Below are positions 21,311 to 34,925 of a DNA stretch of 64,000 nucleotides, in pieces. The notes under the pieces are model-generated. The model was not told where the DNA came from, searched no databases, and worked only from the letters and a program-made list of their open reading frames with translations. Source of the DNA: Strigamia acuminata. Its lineage: Eukaryota. A program made the translations under genes and the position numbers. Numbering within the stretch: position 1 is the first letter of the stretch; each line of letters opens with the position of its first letter. The stretch is taken from the NCBI GenBank assembly GCA_949358305.1, contig OX442314.1:23560001-23624000 (forward strand), written 5' to 3'.

Positions 21311-22693
21311 CTAAGCAGCTGAAACACGGCGTCGCTAAAGTAATATATCGTACCGCCCCGTTTAAACGCCCGGGTTCAATAAAGCGCCAGCCCCGTTTTA
21401 GCGCCGGGCAGTCATCGGCGATTCAATGAATTGACGCCGGGCCCGAATAAGCGCCGGGCCCCCAAAAATTACCTTTATTTGTAAAAAAATCGATGATTTT
21501 TGCCGAAAAATTGCCATTTTTTGCAAAAAGTCGCCATTTTTTGCGAAAAATTGGCGAATTTTCGGTTATGCGCCGGGTTCAATTTAGCGCTGGGTTTCAA
21601 ATTGGCGCCGGGTGGCTCTTTAAAAACTGGGAAATTATGTAAATTTTAACTTTTGGCTCTTCTGTCTCAAAAGGTTGCCGACCCCTGTTCTAGACTAATT
21701 GAATGATGCTCTTCAACTTTCTAATTTACCTTTTTGCTCTATCTGTCATGGTTCTCGAGTTACAATATGGATGACCTTGAAGATGACCTCAAGAGGTCAA
21801 ATTGGATGTCATAATTGGATTTCCCTCGACATACTACCCTCACAATTATTTTGCTGAATCAACATCTAGAACAGTTTGGGAATTATTTACTGAGAACCAG
21901 ACTTTCTGACCACCCTGTATGATCTTCTTGGTTATTCACCAGCAGACCCTGATGTGCAATATTTCACTCAGAATCTTAATTTTTTGGACGTTTCAATGGG
22001 TTTCAATGGGTTTCAATGCATTGTTCTAACAAAAATTAGAAATGACAATTGGTACAATTTTTGTAAGGATGACATTTATGTAGGTATAAACAACCCTACT
22101 GTGTCAATTTTTGATCCTTAAAAAATTTTTTTGGATGAAATTTGTGACTGGCTTTATAATTAACTATTTGTTGTGTTCTTTATTATTTCACCACCTTACA
22201 TCTTACAACCATTATTACATAAACAGACTGCTTATTTTTCAAGTAAAAGCTTATATTAATAGCTGTTCATTTGATTTAAGAAATACAGAGTAATATTTTT
22301 TCTACTATCTAAAGTTGAATATTTATTTTAGCACGTAAATTAGAATATAAGACTTTTTAAAAGCATTCTACTCAAAATGAACGATTTAAATACAATCAGA
22401 ATATACGAGGTAGCAGAGATCCGTTTTTCTTCTAAAAAGTTGCAAGACTTGCCAAGATTCTAAATATTAATTTATTTAATGACGAATTTCTCGTCTCGAA
22501 TTTGCCGCCTGATGCTTACGAAGTGTTGGCAAATGTTGCAAAAATGATAGTTTGTCAAGTGGTCAATAGGTGCCGCTAAATGCCTCATCCCAAGATTTGT
22601 GACAACAGAATATATTCCTAACACGTGGAATAATCTAGAATTGATTATTACGTATTATTTTTTAGTTTGCTTTCAAAATTCCATTATTTGATA

Positions 22694-25248
22694 TTAGATT
22701 AATGTTTTGTATAATATCTCAATCGCAAACACTATCAGTGCAATTCCAATTCCCAAGCACAAAGTAAAAAAAAGGCCGACAACTGCAGGCATTTTAATAC
22801 TTGCAACTTCTCTTCGCACGCGGTCACAAGCGGCATTATGATCATCGTGCTTAACGACACGATAGAGTTTACGGTAAACGCCGTTTTCCAAAAAGATTTG
22901 TAGGCTAGTTGATAAATTTTAAATCAATTTGATTTCATTGAATTAAAAGTTATACCTGTAACTTACTATTTATTAAAAAGCTGTTTGTATGGGAATTGCT
23001 TGTTGTATCCAAAACAAAAGTCTGATTGCATAACCACCTCATCCAAGAATCGAAATGAACAGTTATTTTCGACTTCGACTTCCACAGACACTACTTCCAT
23101 TAAATATGCTATTTGACGATTGTAGACCAATTCCTTTCCTTTTTGATTAGACTTTACCAAAAACTTCTCAGGATTACTACTGATTTTCTTGTATGCTCTG
23201 GCATACAGATCCTCTTTAGAAGCCTGCATGCAAAAATTCAAATGAAATTAATCCATACAATCTGGCATTACAGTGTAAGCTGTGTAGTCTGGACACCTCC
23301 CGACCGGACAAGCTCTGTGGTCCGGACAGGTTTTGAGGTCCTAAATTGGTCCCGCCTATACCCAGCCATGCTAAATTCCCTTTTCCCATCTGGACAGCCC
23401 CTTAGTCCGGACAACTTTCTGGGTCCCGTCCTATGTCCGGGCTACACAGCCTACACTGTAATTGATTTTTAAAAAAAAGCATTAAAGAAAATATGGCTAA
23501 ACCTTCAATAACTGAACTATACTAGTGTCTTTAAGTGTGGCTAAGTCATAGTTGGATTCGTAAAGGAATTCACGAAAACTATTAAATGGTAATTTAAGTC
23601 GAGTCACGGCTAAAATCGATGTAAGATTTGAACTGTAGCTTATAAACATAATGATGCAAAAAATATGAAATACGACCAAACATATTCTACCAGATAGACC
23701 GTAAACTCGAACTGGAATACCTATAAAACACATCTCCATTTTAAACTAACAGTGCGATTACTTTCATGCCTACTTAATTTTTACCCGTGTAAAGTACCAT
23801 TTGTAAAGCACGTCTTGTATAATAGTAAATTATTTGAGCAATTCTAATTGCTTTTTGGGGCCAACGTTGTTCCTTGTTTTTGATAAAACAAATAATTGAT
23901 AAAAACGATGCAAATAAAATTGTAAAAGCCATTATGCAAATCCATGAGTACGTGGAAAAAGGTTCTAAATAAAAGAAAAATCTTTTTTCTGTTTTGCCTT
24001 TATGGTGATATATTAATTTATAATGGAGTTTGGCAACAGCTGGCGAAAAGGCTACGAATTCGTTCCTCTCGTTTGTCTGCACCATTGAAATTCCCACATC
24101 GCTCTCCTGTATTAATGTATTAATCTTTTGAAAAAGTCTTTTGAAGAATTACAAATGAAATTACATTTCTGTATACTGTTCCAAGTATCCCAGACGCGGA
24201 CGAAGCATTTATCTTAGCTCCAAATAAACCATCTTTTGGTACAATCACGGTAGCACTTTACGCAAGAAAACATAACTTAGATTTTTATGTTTAATGATTA
24301 CAACTGTTAAAATTACTTGAATGAAATTTGGCTCCGAATAGTTTTCAATATTTCACCATGAAATCCTCCGATAGTCCGCTGTTCGTTCTCCTCACCAATT
24401 GTGAAAAATGGATGGAACTAGTTAAGAAACGTAGTGACTTCAATCATTTGTGCATGGCAAACCAATATATTTACCGGTATGGTTGCAAAACGAAGTGTTT
24501 CTCCAATGTACGAAGGTAAAGGCACAGGCAAACGTGATAACTTTAATGCACCGTTCTTCGGATCCCAAAAGCCACTTTCTTGCGCCTTTATCACCCTTCC
24601 GTGAGCCGTATACAAACGAAATAAAAGCCATTCCTTGAATACATAAAATTACTTGAAACGAAACGATTTGATCATTAACTCCCATAACTACCTCGTGTGA
24701 ATGCCCGACATGCAATAAAAATAAAGCGATATTATGTGGTATAAAAAAATTTCCATAATTTTCTAACTTTTCTTCTAATATTAGTAACCAATTACAGGGG
24801 CAATGGCTTAACTTTAAGGCCTTTTCCACCATTTCAATAGCAGTATTTGGTTTGCTTATGATCAACACAGTGCCGAAATTGTTCAGTTCGTTCAGCTCAA
24901 ATTCATTCACGGATCCAACTTTGGCAGAAATCAGGTGTTGCGACAAATGTTTCGATAAATCAGCTTGAAGAAAACAAAATTAAAACTTCTGAAATGTAAT
25001 AAAACACAAAATATTTCCTACCAAAATCCTGACCATCCGTTAGAATTATTATTTTCGACCATTGGACATATTTTAAGAAATTAGTTGAAAATTTTTGGAT
25101 CAAATTAATTTCTATCTGCGCAAATAAAACGAATTAGTACTTGCATTGAAATTTGTATTATCAATGGATACGTTTCCATACCAACATCTTCCTTAGAAAA
25201 AACCGAAATTATGCAAGAAACAACCGCAGCATAAAATAACACTTTCAT
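22694..25248 (-). CDS. Ionotropic receptor copy 2, multi-exon
   Basis: Same exon structure as copy 1; QTNERNEF, EPFSTYSWICI, YSSNLTSILAV, ENGVYRKL. Confidence 0.88.
23271..23458. mobile_element. 188-bp Tc1/mariner-type MITE in an intron of IR copy 2
   Basis: CAGTGTAAGCTGTGTAG...CTACACAGCCTACACTG with TA TSD; the empty site tggcatTAattg is present in copy 1 (~15721-15732). Confidence 0.93.
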
Positions 25249-25326
25249 CTTCAAGATTCAATAAGAACAAAGAAGTGGTACAGGAATATATTATTATGTC
25301 CTTGCTTAGCTATAGTATTAATAGTA

Positions 25327-25749
25327 AAGGGTGTCCCAAAAATAACGCAAGATTTGAATTAACCGCCATTTGTGCAGTAAATTGTTGGCAACCCTGAAAC
25401 AACAACGATTTGACAGCTGAAAGTTTAGGGTTTTATCTACCGAAATTGGATTATATTGATGTGGCCAATATGTGGTTTCAACAAGACGGTGCAAGAAAAA
25501 AGGGCCAATTCTGATCACAAAAACCGGTGATGTCTCATGCAGTAATTGAATTGTTTCCATGGTTGTATGGCAAGATGGCATGTGGCACGTCTTGTTGAAA
25601 CCACATATTGATCACATCAATATAATCCAATTTCGGCTGATAAAACCCTAAACTTTCAGCTGTCAAATCGTTGTTGTTTCAGGGTCGCCAACAATTTACT
25701 GCACAAATGGCGGCTAATTCAAATCTTGCGTTATTTTTGGGACACCCTA
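25327..25749. mobile_element. Palindromic MITE derived from a mariner-superfamily (rosa/maT-like) transposon
   Basis: ~165-bp inverted arms starting AGGGTGTCCCAAAAATAACGCAAG; carries coding remnant MWFQQDGA and CHTTMETIQLL; absent from the paralogous site upstream of copy 1. Confidence 0.88.
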
Positions 25750-26177
25750 TATATGCATATACTGTAAAAAGTCGTGTTCCAAGTATTTTAGATGTTTGTT
25801 TTGACATAGAACAAATGCCAAAATTGTTAGATTTCGAATGTCCAAATTGAAAATAGAACACGGTTTAACGGGAACAAAAAGTAATACGTCTTTACTCTAC
25901 GGTATAAAAACATTACAACAATTGAATAGTATAACGTGCACGAGACGTGCAGAGAAAAAAAACATTCCAGAACATTCTAAACATTTCAATAACGTTTTAA
26001 ACTTACAACAATTAACCCAACAAAAATGTAGATAAAACACAAGATTTTTATGAGCAATACATTTATATTTAATTAATCGTTTAATTTACTAATCAACTGT
26101 TTATAAAATAATTATAATAAGCAATTTAAGCAATTTTGTAAACAATTTTATATCATTATTTTATTACTTATGAAATA

Positions 26178-26499
26178 CAGTGTACTGGATGTAGCCCGGA
26201 TAGCTGTGTAGACCGGACAGGGTTGGTTGTTTTCGTTTAAATTTTAAATCAAATAGTTACACCGTATTTGGACTGAAATTTTTATCTACAGCGAAATTGG
26301 TTCGTGAATTCAATTAAATCGATAATAGGGGAAATCAATTCCAACTCGGCGGAACAAAGTGCATCGAAAGCGGCGGACGTGCAGCCTATTTCCATACGCT
26401 CTCACTCCTCCAGACATCCTTGCTGTGTGGACCAGATATTCTATGGTCCGGACAAATTTCTGGGACCGGTCCTATGTCTGGGTCACACAGAGTACACTG
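26178..26499. mobile_element. Tc1/mariner-type MITE duplicated together with the IR unit
   Basis: TA-CAGTGTACT...AGTACACTG-TA; collinear with 17804-18166. Confidence 0.75.
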
Positions 26500-27124
26500 T
26501 ATCTACAAATTAGCAAATTTGTTCATAGAACTTACGTTTGGTGGTCAGAAATGACAAAAACACAGAACAAGGAGTGGAATTGAACCGGCTTACTCGAGCA
26601 ATAAAATGCTACTCCGTATTATTTTAGTTTATTTCAGGCACACTCGTATAATTGATAAACATTGATTTCTCCATTATTACATCACAGCATTGAGTTTAAT
26701 TAAATTTAATAAAAAAAAATTGTTGGATTAATTTCTAATTTCTAAGCAGAATTGATTCCTTCTTTAGTTTTTGTATTTATTTCTTAATTCAATTCATTAA
26801 AAATTTATTTGTTAGATTAATTTCTACTTTGTAAGCAAAATTGATTATTTCTTTAAGCTTCGTATTTATTTGAAGTCGGTTCACCTCTTCAAATTTTACC
26901 TCTCAGAAACTCATTTCTCAGACGCCACTTCTCGTTTCGAAGTAAAAAAATTCGAAGAAACAATCGAAAATTCAGAATTTTCGAAGAGATGACATTCGAA
27001 GAAGTGATGGGCTAAACTTCTTTAAAAATTATTTGTTAGATTATCTAATATCCGCAATCAGAATTGATTCCTCTTTATGCAAGAGCCTATTACGTGTAAC
27101 AAGCGCATAATCCATTTTATTGCT

Positions 27125-30100
27125 AACATCAGTCGGAGTGACTCGAGTTTCATCACTGGTGCAAAGGTTCGGTTGTAGTCTGCTCCTGGCTTCTGGGAAT
27201 ATCCTATGGCAACTAGTCAAGTGGAGTTTAATTTTGAAGATCCATTTGTACTTTATTGGCTTTTTCCCTTCACTGGCTTGTCCAATCTACAAACTTGATG
27301 CGTGTACATGGACTGCATTTCTTTGTCCATCGGTTCCATTCAAAGCTTGCTGTCTTCGTATGTCATCGTTTCACTGAAAGTAGTCGGAATAAATAGCTCC
27401 TTGGACTCTTCCTTAGCTACGCACGCTGCATCTCGTTCACGTAACTTTTCCGACCTTCGTACTCCTGGTATTATAGCTCTTGTTCGCGTCGCTCATTCAA
27501 TTCGACTCGCTGTCTTTCTTTCGCGGCTGCTTCTTGTCTCGTGGGTTGTCCCAGCCCTCGCTCGCACAGTACGAGCATGGGTGTCGCACCAGGCGCACGC
27601 TCGGGCGCCAGTGCCATGAATGGCTGGTCCCTCGGAACTGCTGTGGCTACTGGTTTCGCTTCAAGCTCATCTTCAAGTTCGTCGTGACCAGTCGCATTAT
27701 CGCTTCCGTTCTCATCACCGTCGACGCAAGTGTTAACTCGTCGTCTTCTCTTGCGTCTTCATAATTCACGTCCTGTTCTCCCCAGCTGAAAACGGAAAAA
27801 TCAATTTCGTCATCGTCGCCAGATGTACCTAATTCGTTTTTACGCTCCAGTTGCAAGAAGATCGTTCTGGCATCCTCGATAAAGTAGACATCCCTGGCCT
27901 CGATTATGCGAAGCTCATCTTCTTCATAAATGCGATAGGCTCTTCGGCATGTGGAGTATCCCACCATTATGCATGGCTTGATGACAAGGACCAACATTTT
28001 CCGCAGCTGCTTTGGTACATGTCAGTATGCTGCACATCCAAACACAAGTAGATGCATCCCAGATGGCTTGCTGCAATATCTCAATTCGTAAGGTGTTTTT
28101 TTTTTGTGTTTGATGATGTTGGGATCCTGTTGATTAAATACACCGTCGTTGCCATCGTCTCAGGCCAAAACCCATCAGGTAAAAGCAACCATTTTAGCAT
28201 TGTTCTCGTCTTTTCCACGATGGTCCAATCATACCTCTCTTGCTCTGTGTTTTTCGATTTCTTCGAATGCGCCGCTTTTTTTATGTGAAGCGCTGAAATA
28301 CACAAATTTTGTGAATTTGTTGACAACCACAAGGACGCAATAGCTGCCATCAATTGCCTTCGAAAACAGACCGCACAAATTCACATGCTACAACTCCAAT
28401 GGCCGCTTTATGGTTCGTCCTTTTACATGCATAAATGCTTGCCTGGGCTGCCGCCCCTCGTCCAAAATTTACCCCCAGTATAAGCTTTCCATCTCGCACT
28501 CAGTGGCGTAGCTAGGGGGGGGGGGGCCGCCCCGGGTGTCACCCGGAAAGGGGTAACACTCGTATAGGGATGACACCGGGCCGGGATTGAAAAAAATAAT
28601 ACTCCGTAAAAAAGATATTTTTTTTTTCAATCTTGGCCGGGTGTCACCCCTATATAGGGGTCGGAATTGAAAAATTCCGGTCGGAATTGAAAAATTCCGG
28701 TCGGAATTGAAAAATTCCGGTTGGAATTGAAAAATTCCGGTCGGAATTGAAAAATTCCGGTTGGAATTGAAAAATTCCGGTTGGAATTGAAAAAAAATGT
28801 TGATTTTAACTGTTTTCAAGGGTGACACCATCGATATCCGCCCCGGGTGTCACCCATGCCAGCTACGCCACTGCTCTCACTTGTTCCAACTTGTAATTGC
28901 TTGCTTGGCCCAATCGCCTGTGCCACAATACTTTGTCCAACGTTTCGGGTTCCTTGCTAGTTGGCTGTTTCCTTTGCTATGTTGGCTTTCCCCCCATTCA
29001 AGGAAGTTGTTGCATTAAAAATAAACATCCTATCGTGACGCCTGGCCGTTGCAATCACGTTGTTCTTGGTCATCACTAATGCCTGATCATCGTCAAATAT
29101 CACTCTCAATCCATTTCGCGTCAACTAATACACCGAAATCAAATTCACGCGTAACTTGAGCACAGATCACGTAGATTACATTTGGCATTCGCACTTTAAC
29201 ATCGCTTGGCTTTAAGTTACTAATCAGATTGACCGTGCCTCTCCCTTTAGACACAGTCGTCGCTTTGCTTTCAGCTAAATGTACCACTCCGTCTTCAAGC
29301 TTGAAATCTGACAGAAACTCATGGGGTGACGTCATGAGGACGGTTGCCCCAGAGTCCAATAACCACTCTGTTGGGCCTAAACCTCCAATCGACCCTCGCG
29401 TGTGGAACGTGCGTAACTGACTTCCCGTTGTATCTTCACACAATTCACCGTTACGGTGCCATGTCCACACCACATCCATTTGTGCCTCCACGTGTGGATC
29501 TGTTACAGCAGTTACGTGCTTGCCAAAACTGTAACACCCAATAGTTGTGGTCGCCACCTCGGCACTTGCTGCATCTCCGCTACATATATTTCGGCAATCT
29601 CGTGCCTTGTGGCCAGTTTAACCACACTCAAAGCATTCGAATTTTTTTCCACATTTTCTTCCTCGTGATCGAGGAATTTTGGCGCTGGTGAATTCCTATC
29701 CTAGGCCGACTTGCCTGTTTTGCGCATTTTCGCCATGATGAGCAGCAAGGTCTTACCACAGTATTTTAGCATTCTTCGTCCCTTGTTACATTCCCACTTG
29801 CTCGGGAGATAAAGTTGTCACGATGAGTCCCAGTGAAGTGCTGTTCAAGCGTCTCCATTTTTGCCATGCTGCTCCATTTTGTCGATCCGGCTCATTTCCC
29901 TCAATTACGGTGAGCCACAGTCCTTTTGAGTCTAGCACCACCTCCATGAACGTGCCCCAAACTGCATAATTGATGTCGTCCAACAGCGGAAATCGACTCG
30001 CGCTTGCTTCTTTGAATTCCTCTGACATGTCGTTATATTGACCTGTCAACTTGTTAATTATCTTTAAGCTTTTTGTCTGAATTCGATCAATTGGAACGAC

Positions 30101-30435
30101 AACGCACAACCGTACTCACGACCATGCTGATAATTGCCCAGCTTCCTGGCTCAAAAGTTGCTCTACAATTTCTTCCTAACCATCCTCTAGTTATCACTTG
30201 TTAATAAATTGGATCCTGGGTTGTAGAAAAACCATAACAGTGGGTTTATTCCGTATAAGTACAAGTACATCGCTAGTCAAGAGCAGACGACAGAACACGA
30301 TTGCCAAGTAACCAATAGTAAACAACAACAACAATATCGCACTCTAACAAACAAATTGGTTTTAACTAGATTATACACATTCACACATACAGGTACCGTA
30401 TTTCAGGAATTAAGCCATGATTAAGGATTCCAACA
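27125..30435 (-). mobile_element. Decayed Ty1/Copia retrotransposon (5' LTR ~30241-30435, gag, protease, integrase, start of RT; 3'-truncated)
   Basis: FPLLDDINYAVW..LDSKGLW; WLLDSGATVLMTS; FWPETMATTVYLINRIPT; CIMVGYS..AYRIY..ARDVYFIE; KWIFKIK, LVAIGYSQKPGADYNRTFAPV; many stops and frameshifts. Confidence 0.9.
28501..28873. mobile_element. hAT-type MITE with internal 20-bp tandem repeat, inserted in the Copia
   Basis: TIR CAGTGGCGTAGCT/AGCTACGCCACTG; TSD CTCGCACT/CTCTCACT (7/8); (tcggaattgaaaaattccgg) ~6-7 copies at 28661-28795. Confidence 0.9.
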
Positions 30436-30589
30436 GTGAGATATTCCCGGATCACTGCAGAGTAAATCGGTTGAAGTTTAAAAAAACTGGACCCTCACTC
30501 TATGCTGGCAATTGAAATTGTGAGTAGTTTCGTGTTTTGCCACTAGGTGAAGAACCAGACATCAACAGGTGATGTTATAGCCTTGCCTA

Positions 30590-30880
30590 CAGTGATCCTT
30601 CATAATTAAGTGGACAGTTTTAAAAAGCTAAATGTAAATTATTCTCACAGAAAAACTGTATAGATGTGAAATATTAAGAAATAAGAAGTTAATTTGTTCA
30701 ATGTTTTTTAATAATAAACAATTTTTTTTAAACACAATATAAATTTGCATATTGTCAATTATTTGTAATAAATAATTTTTTATTTAATTGACAACTTGAA
30801 TTGTGATTTTCAATTCAAAATGCTTCCTGAAGGAATCAGAAATCAAATTATTGGAATGCACAGAGCTGGAGTGAGTTGTT
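30590..30880 (+). mobile_element. Tc1-like transposon 5' remnant
   Basis: TA-CAGTG..AAGTGGACA terminus; MLPEGIRNQIIGMHRAGVS resembles a Tc1 HTH start. Confidence 0.5.
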
Positions 30881-31814
30881 AAATTGACAGATTAACATTT
30901 TTAAAATTCTAAAATGAAATAAATTCAGTATAAAATATTAGAATTATAAAAACAAATAAATTTAATCAATAAAAGTTAAAATCAATAAAAATCTAAAAAA
31001 AATATATAAACAAATATCAGGTATTTAAGTAGTGCACAGCATTGCCAGCCTTATAACTTCCAGCCTTTTCAATTTTAGCCTTTTTTGTATTTCCTAACTT
31101 CCAATTCAGCCTCTTTGGATTTGGCCTTTTAGACTTCTAAACCTGATGTTTAGAGTCTCTCTTGAAACGGTTCTGTCCGTCTGTCCGCATCCATATCTCA
31201 AAATCTATAGTAGGTGGAGACAAACGGACAACGGCAATAAATTCAGCGTACCTGTATTAGTATCCTAGGATCTTTTCACAATTTTCCGACCTCCGGTTGA
31301 ATTTATAAACACGATTTTGTACACTTTTAGCCGTCTAATTATTTCTTTAAGCTTCGTATTTATTTCTTGGTTAAACTTCTTTAAAAACTATTTGTTAGAT
31401 TATCTAATATCCCCAATCGGAATTGATTCTCCTTTATGCAAGAGCGTGTTACACGCTATCAAGCGTACAATCCATTTTATTTGCTTCATTAAAGTTTTGC
31501 TCCCAAAAAAAATTTCTATTCCTGAATTAACGCCACTGCTGCTCAAACTCTAATATCGCCACACGCGCGTTTTGTCATATGTGCAAACGTTGTTCATGCT
31601 TGCGTCTGATGCACGTAAATCGGTTGAAGTATATGCACGGTGCACGACTGCACGTGCATCAAGTGGCCAATAAGTGCCCCTAACTGCCACATTCCACCAC
31701 ATGTTAAGAATTGTAACAAAACACAACTGAATATACCGGTAGTCATGAAACGTGGAATGAACTAGAATTTATTATTATTATTCAGCTTGCTTTCAGAATT
31801 CAATTTGCTTGTTG

Positions 31815-34800
31815 TCAGAATAATATTTTGTACAATATCTCAATCACAAACACTAACAGTGCAATTCCAATTCCCAAGAACAATGTAAAAAAAAGGCCAA
31901 CGACTGCAGGCATTTTGATTGCCGCAATTGCTCTTCGCATACGGTCGCAGTAAGCATTATGGTCATCGTGATTGATTGCCACATAGAGTTTATGATAAAT
32001 ACCGTTTTCCAAAAAAATCTGTATGCTAGTTGATAAAATTTGAATCAATTAGATGTTTATTGAATTATAAGTTGAACTTACTATTTATTAAAAAGCTGTT
32101 TGTATGCAAATTGCTTATTAAATGTAAAACAAAAGTCAGATTTCAAAAGCACCTCATCCAAGAATCGAAATGAACAGTTCTGGTCTACTTGAGCTGCCAG
32201 TGACAATTCTTCCATCATGTATGCTATTTTACGGTTGTATACCAATTCCTTTCCTTCTTTATTAGACTTTACCATAAACTTATCTGGTTTACTACTAAAT
32301 TTCTTGTAAGCTCTGACAAACAGATCCTCTTTAGAATGCTACAAGCAAAAACCCTAATGAAATTAGTCACACAAAACAATAGTTTCTTTAATTTTTTAAA
32401 AAGCATTAATGAAAATGTCATACCTTGAATATCTGAACTATACTAGAGCCTTTAAGTGTGGCTAAATCATAATTGGATTTGTAAAGGAATTCGTGAAAAG
32501 TATTAAATGGTAGTTTGATTTTAGTCACGGCAAAAATTGATGTAAGGCATGAACAGTAGTTTATAAACATAATGATGCAAAAAGTGTGAAATACGAGCAA
32601 ACATATTCTACCAGATAGACCGTAGACCTTAACTGGAATACCTAAAACAAATATCAATTTAACCGGCTGTGATATAACTTTTTTAATTGTCTTACCAGTC
32701 TGAAGTAAAATGTGTAAAGCACTTCTCGTATAATAATAAATTATATTGGTATAGCTAATTGTTTTTTTAGGCCATTGCTGTACCTTGTTTTTAATCAAAC
32801 TAATAATTGACAACAACACCGCAAACAAAATTGTAAATCCCATTATGCAAATCCACGAGTAAGATGAAAAGGGTTCCAAGTAAAAGAAAAATCTTTCTTC
32901 TGATCTGTCCGTATTGTAGTAAATCATCTTAACACGCACTCCAGTAATATCTGGCGAATAACTTATCAATTCAATTCTTTCGCTGGTCTTGGTTAATGAT
33001 ATTCCCACATCACTTTCCTGCATGAATATACGGTATTCATATATTATAAAAATTGAATTCAAAGATTTACAAATGAAATTACATTTCTGTATAATTTTCC
33101 AACCATCCCAGACACGTACGATGCATTTACCTTAGCTCCAAATACTTTATCTTGTGGAAAATCCACGCTAGCACTTAAAGCGAGAAAACATAACTTACAA
33201 TGTTAGGTTTTTGTTTATGGTTGGTGATTAAACATTGGTAAATTACTTAAATGAAAAAACGCTTTGAATGGTTTTCATTATTTCGCCATGCAATCCTCCC
33301 ATAGTAAGCTGCCCATTCTCGTTAAGAATTGAGAAAAATGGTGGAAACTGGTTAAAAAACAAAGATATCATTATCTTATCGACACAATAATAAGCGCATT
33401 GAATGGCAACCAAACATATTACCGGTAATGTTGTCAAACGAAGGGTTTTTTCACTGTACGAAGGCAACGGTACCGATAAATGTGAAAATTTTAATGCACC
33501 ATTCTTCGGATCCCAAAAGCCACCTTTTTGTGCCTTTATCACATTTCCGTCCGCCGAATATAAACGAAATAAAAACCATACCTTGAAAACATAAAATCAC
33601 TTGAATCGAAGCCAATTCAGCATTAAACTCCCAAAAGTACCTCGTCAGAATGTCCGACGTCCAGTATAAATAAAGCGATATCATGTGGAATAAAAAAGTT
33701 ACCAAAACTTTCCAACTTTTCTTCTAATATTAGCAACCAGTTAGAAGGGCAATAGCCTAATTGTAATGCCTTTTCCACTATTCCAATAGCAGTATTTGGT
33801 TTGCTTATGATCAACACAGTGCCGAAGTTGTTCAGTTCGTTCAGCTCAAATTCATTCACGGGTGCAACACTGGCAGATATCAGATGTTGCGACAAGTGTT
33901 CAGTTAAGTACACTTAAAGAAAACAAAATTAAAACTTCCGAAATTGTGGTGATCTCGATTTTTTTTATTTTAAATAAAATATCACCACTTAAAATATGTA
34001 GTATTTTTAATAACTCTGGTTTGGTACACGTCAAACCAGCCTGTTATGTCTTGGGGGTGAAAACTCCCTAGGCACATCTTACCCCAATTTGGTTGGGGTG
34101 AGCCACAAATTAACCGTTTTGTGCAGCAATTCCTTTGTTGCACCAAAACACGCTTATTGCGCTTATCTGCGGCAGATATGCAGTGTGCTGAGCTCAAATT
34201 TAGAGTTTTGGCACACTCTTGATTTCACTACTTAACGTACAACACACCTTACCATTGCTCTGCTAAAACTGCGAGTACTGACCGTATTAGTTTATTGTGA
34301 ATTGAGAGACATTTGGCTATCTTTGCTAAGTTTGCCGAGTGTATCAACACCAGTTACTCGCCGCTACCGCCGCCATCGTCGAGGACTTCCGGAGTCGTCA
34401 CCGTCGTCGCCATCGCCGCCGTCGTCGTGTGAGTAAAGAGGGAAAAGACGCAGCCCCGCCATTTTCGCGTAACAAGCTGTTACGCGCATTTCCTTTATTT
34501 CATTTCCCTTTCATTATTGTATTATTTCATTATTATTAGTTTAGTTTATTAGCTTTAATAAATTATTGTGTTTATTTTACCATACTTACCTGTTTTATTA
34601 ATCTAACCCCTAGTCAACCTTAATTAATTCTTATTTCAGGACTAAGCCTATTAAATTAGCATCTGAACTGCAAAATGTAATGAAACAAAAATATTTCCTA
34701 CCAAAATCCTGCTCATCAGTTAGAATTATTATTCTTGACCATTGGACATATTTTAAGAAATTAGTTGAAAATTTTTGAATCAGATTAATTTCTATTCCCA

Positions 34801-34925
34801 AAAATACAACGAGTTAGTACTTGCATTCTAAGTTCTACCGTATTATACATTAGCTTACCAACATCTTCCTTACAAAAAGCTGAAGTAATGCATGAAACGA
34901 CTGCAGCATAAAATAACACTTCCAT
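31815..34925 (-). CDS. Ionotropic receptor copy 3, multi-exon (solo LTR in intron 2)
   Basis: ESDVGISLTKTSERIEL, EPFSSYSWICI, YCSCLTSIFAV, ENGIYHKL; same intron positions as the other copies. Confidence 0.85.
33945..34672. mobile_element. 728-bp solo LTR in intron 2 of IR copy 3
   Basis: TG...CA termini flanked by the 4-bp TSD AAAT; empty site aaacttc..aaatgtaat in copies 2 and 4. Confidence 0.85.

Larger units (their letters stand above)
20276..21687. mobile_element. Non-autonomous hAT element containing nested insertions
   Basis: TIRs CAGGGGTCGGCAACC / GGTTGCCGACCCCTG; perfect 8-bp TSD TTCTAGAC at 20268-20275 and 21688-21695. Confidence 0.92.

Noticed and set aside
33620..33630. Apparent frameshift pseudogenising IR copy 3
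   Set aside because: The extra base falls in a ~58-nt phase-0 intron (GAG|GTA...AAG|GTATGG) shared by the copies; splicing restores E|VWFLFR.
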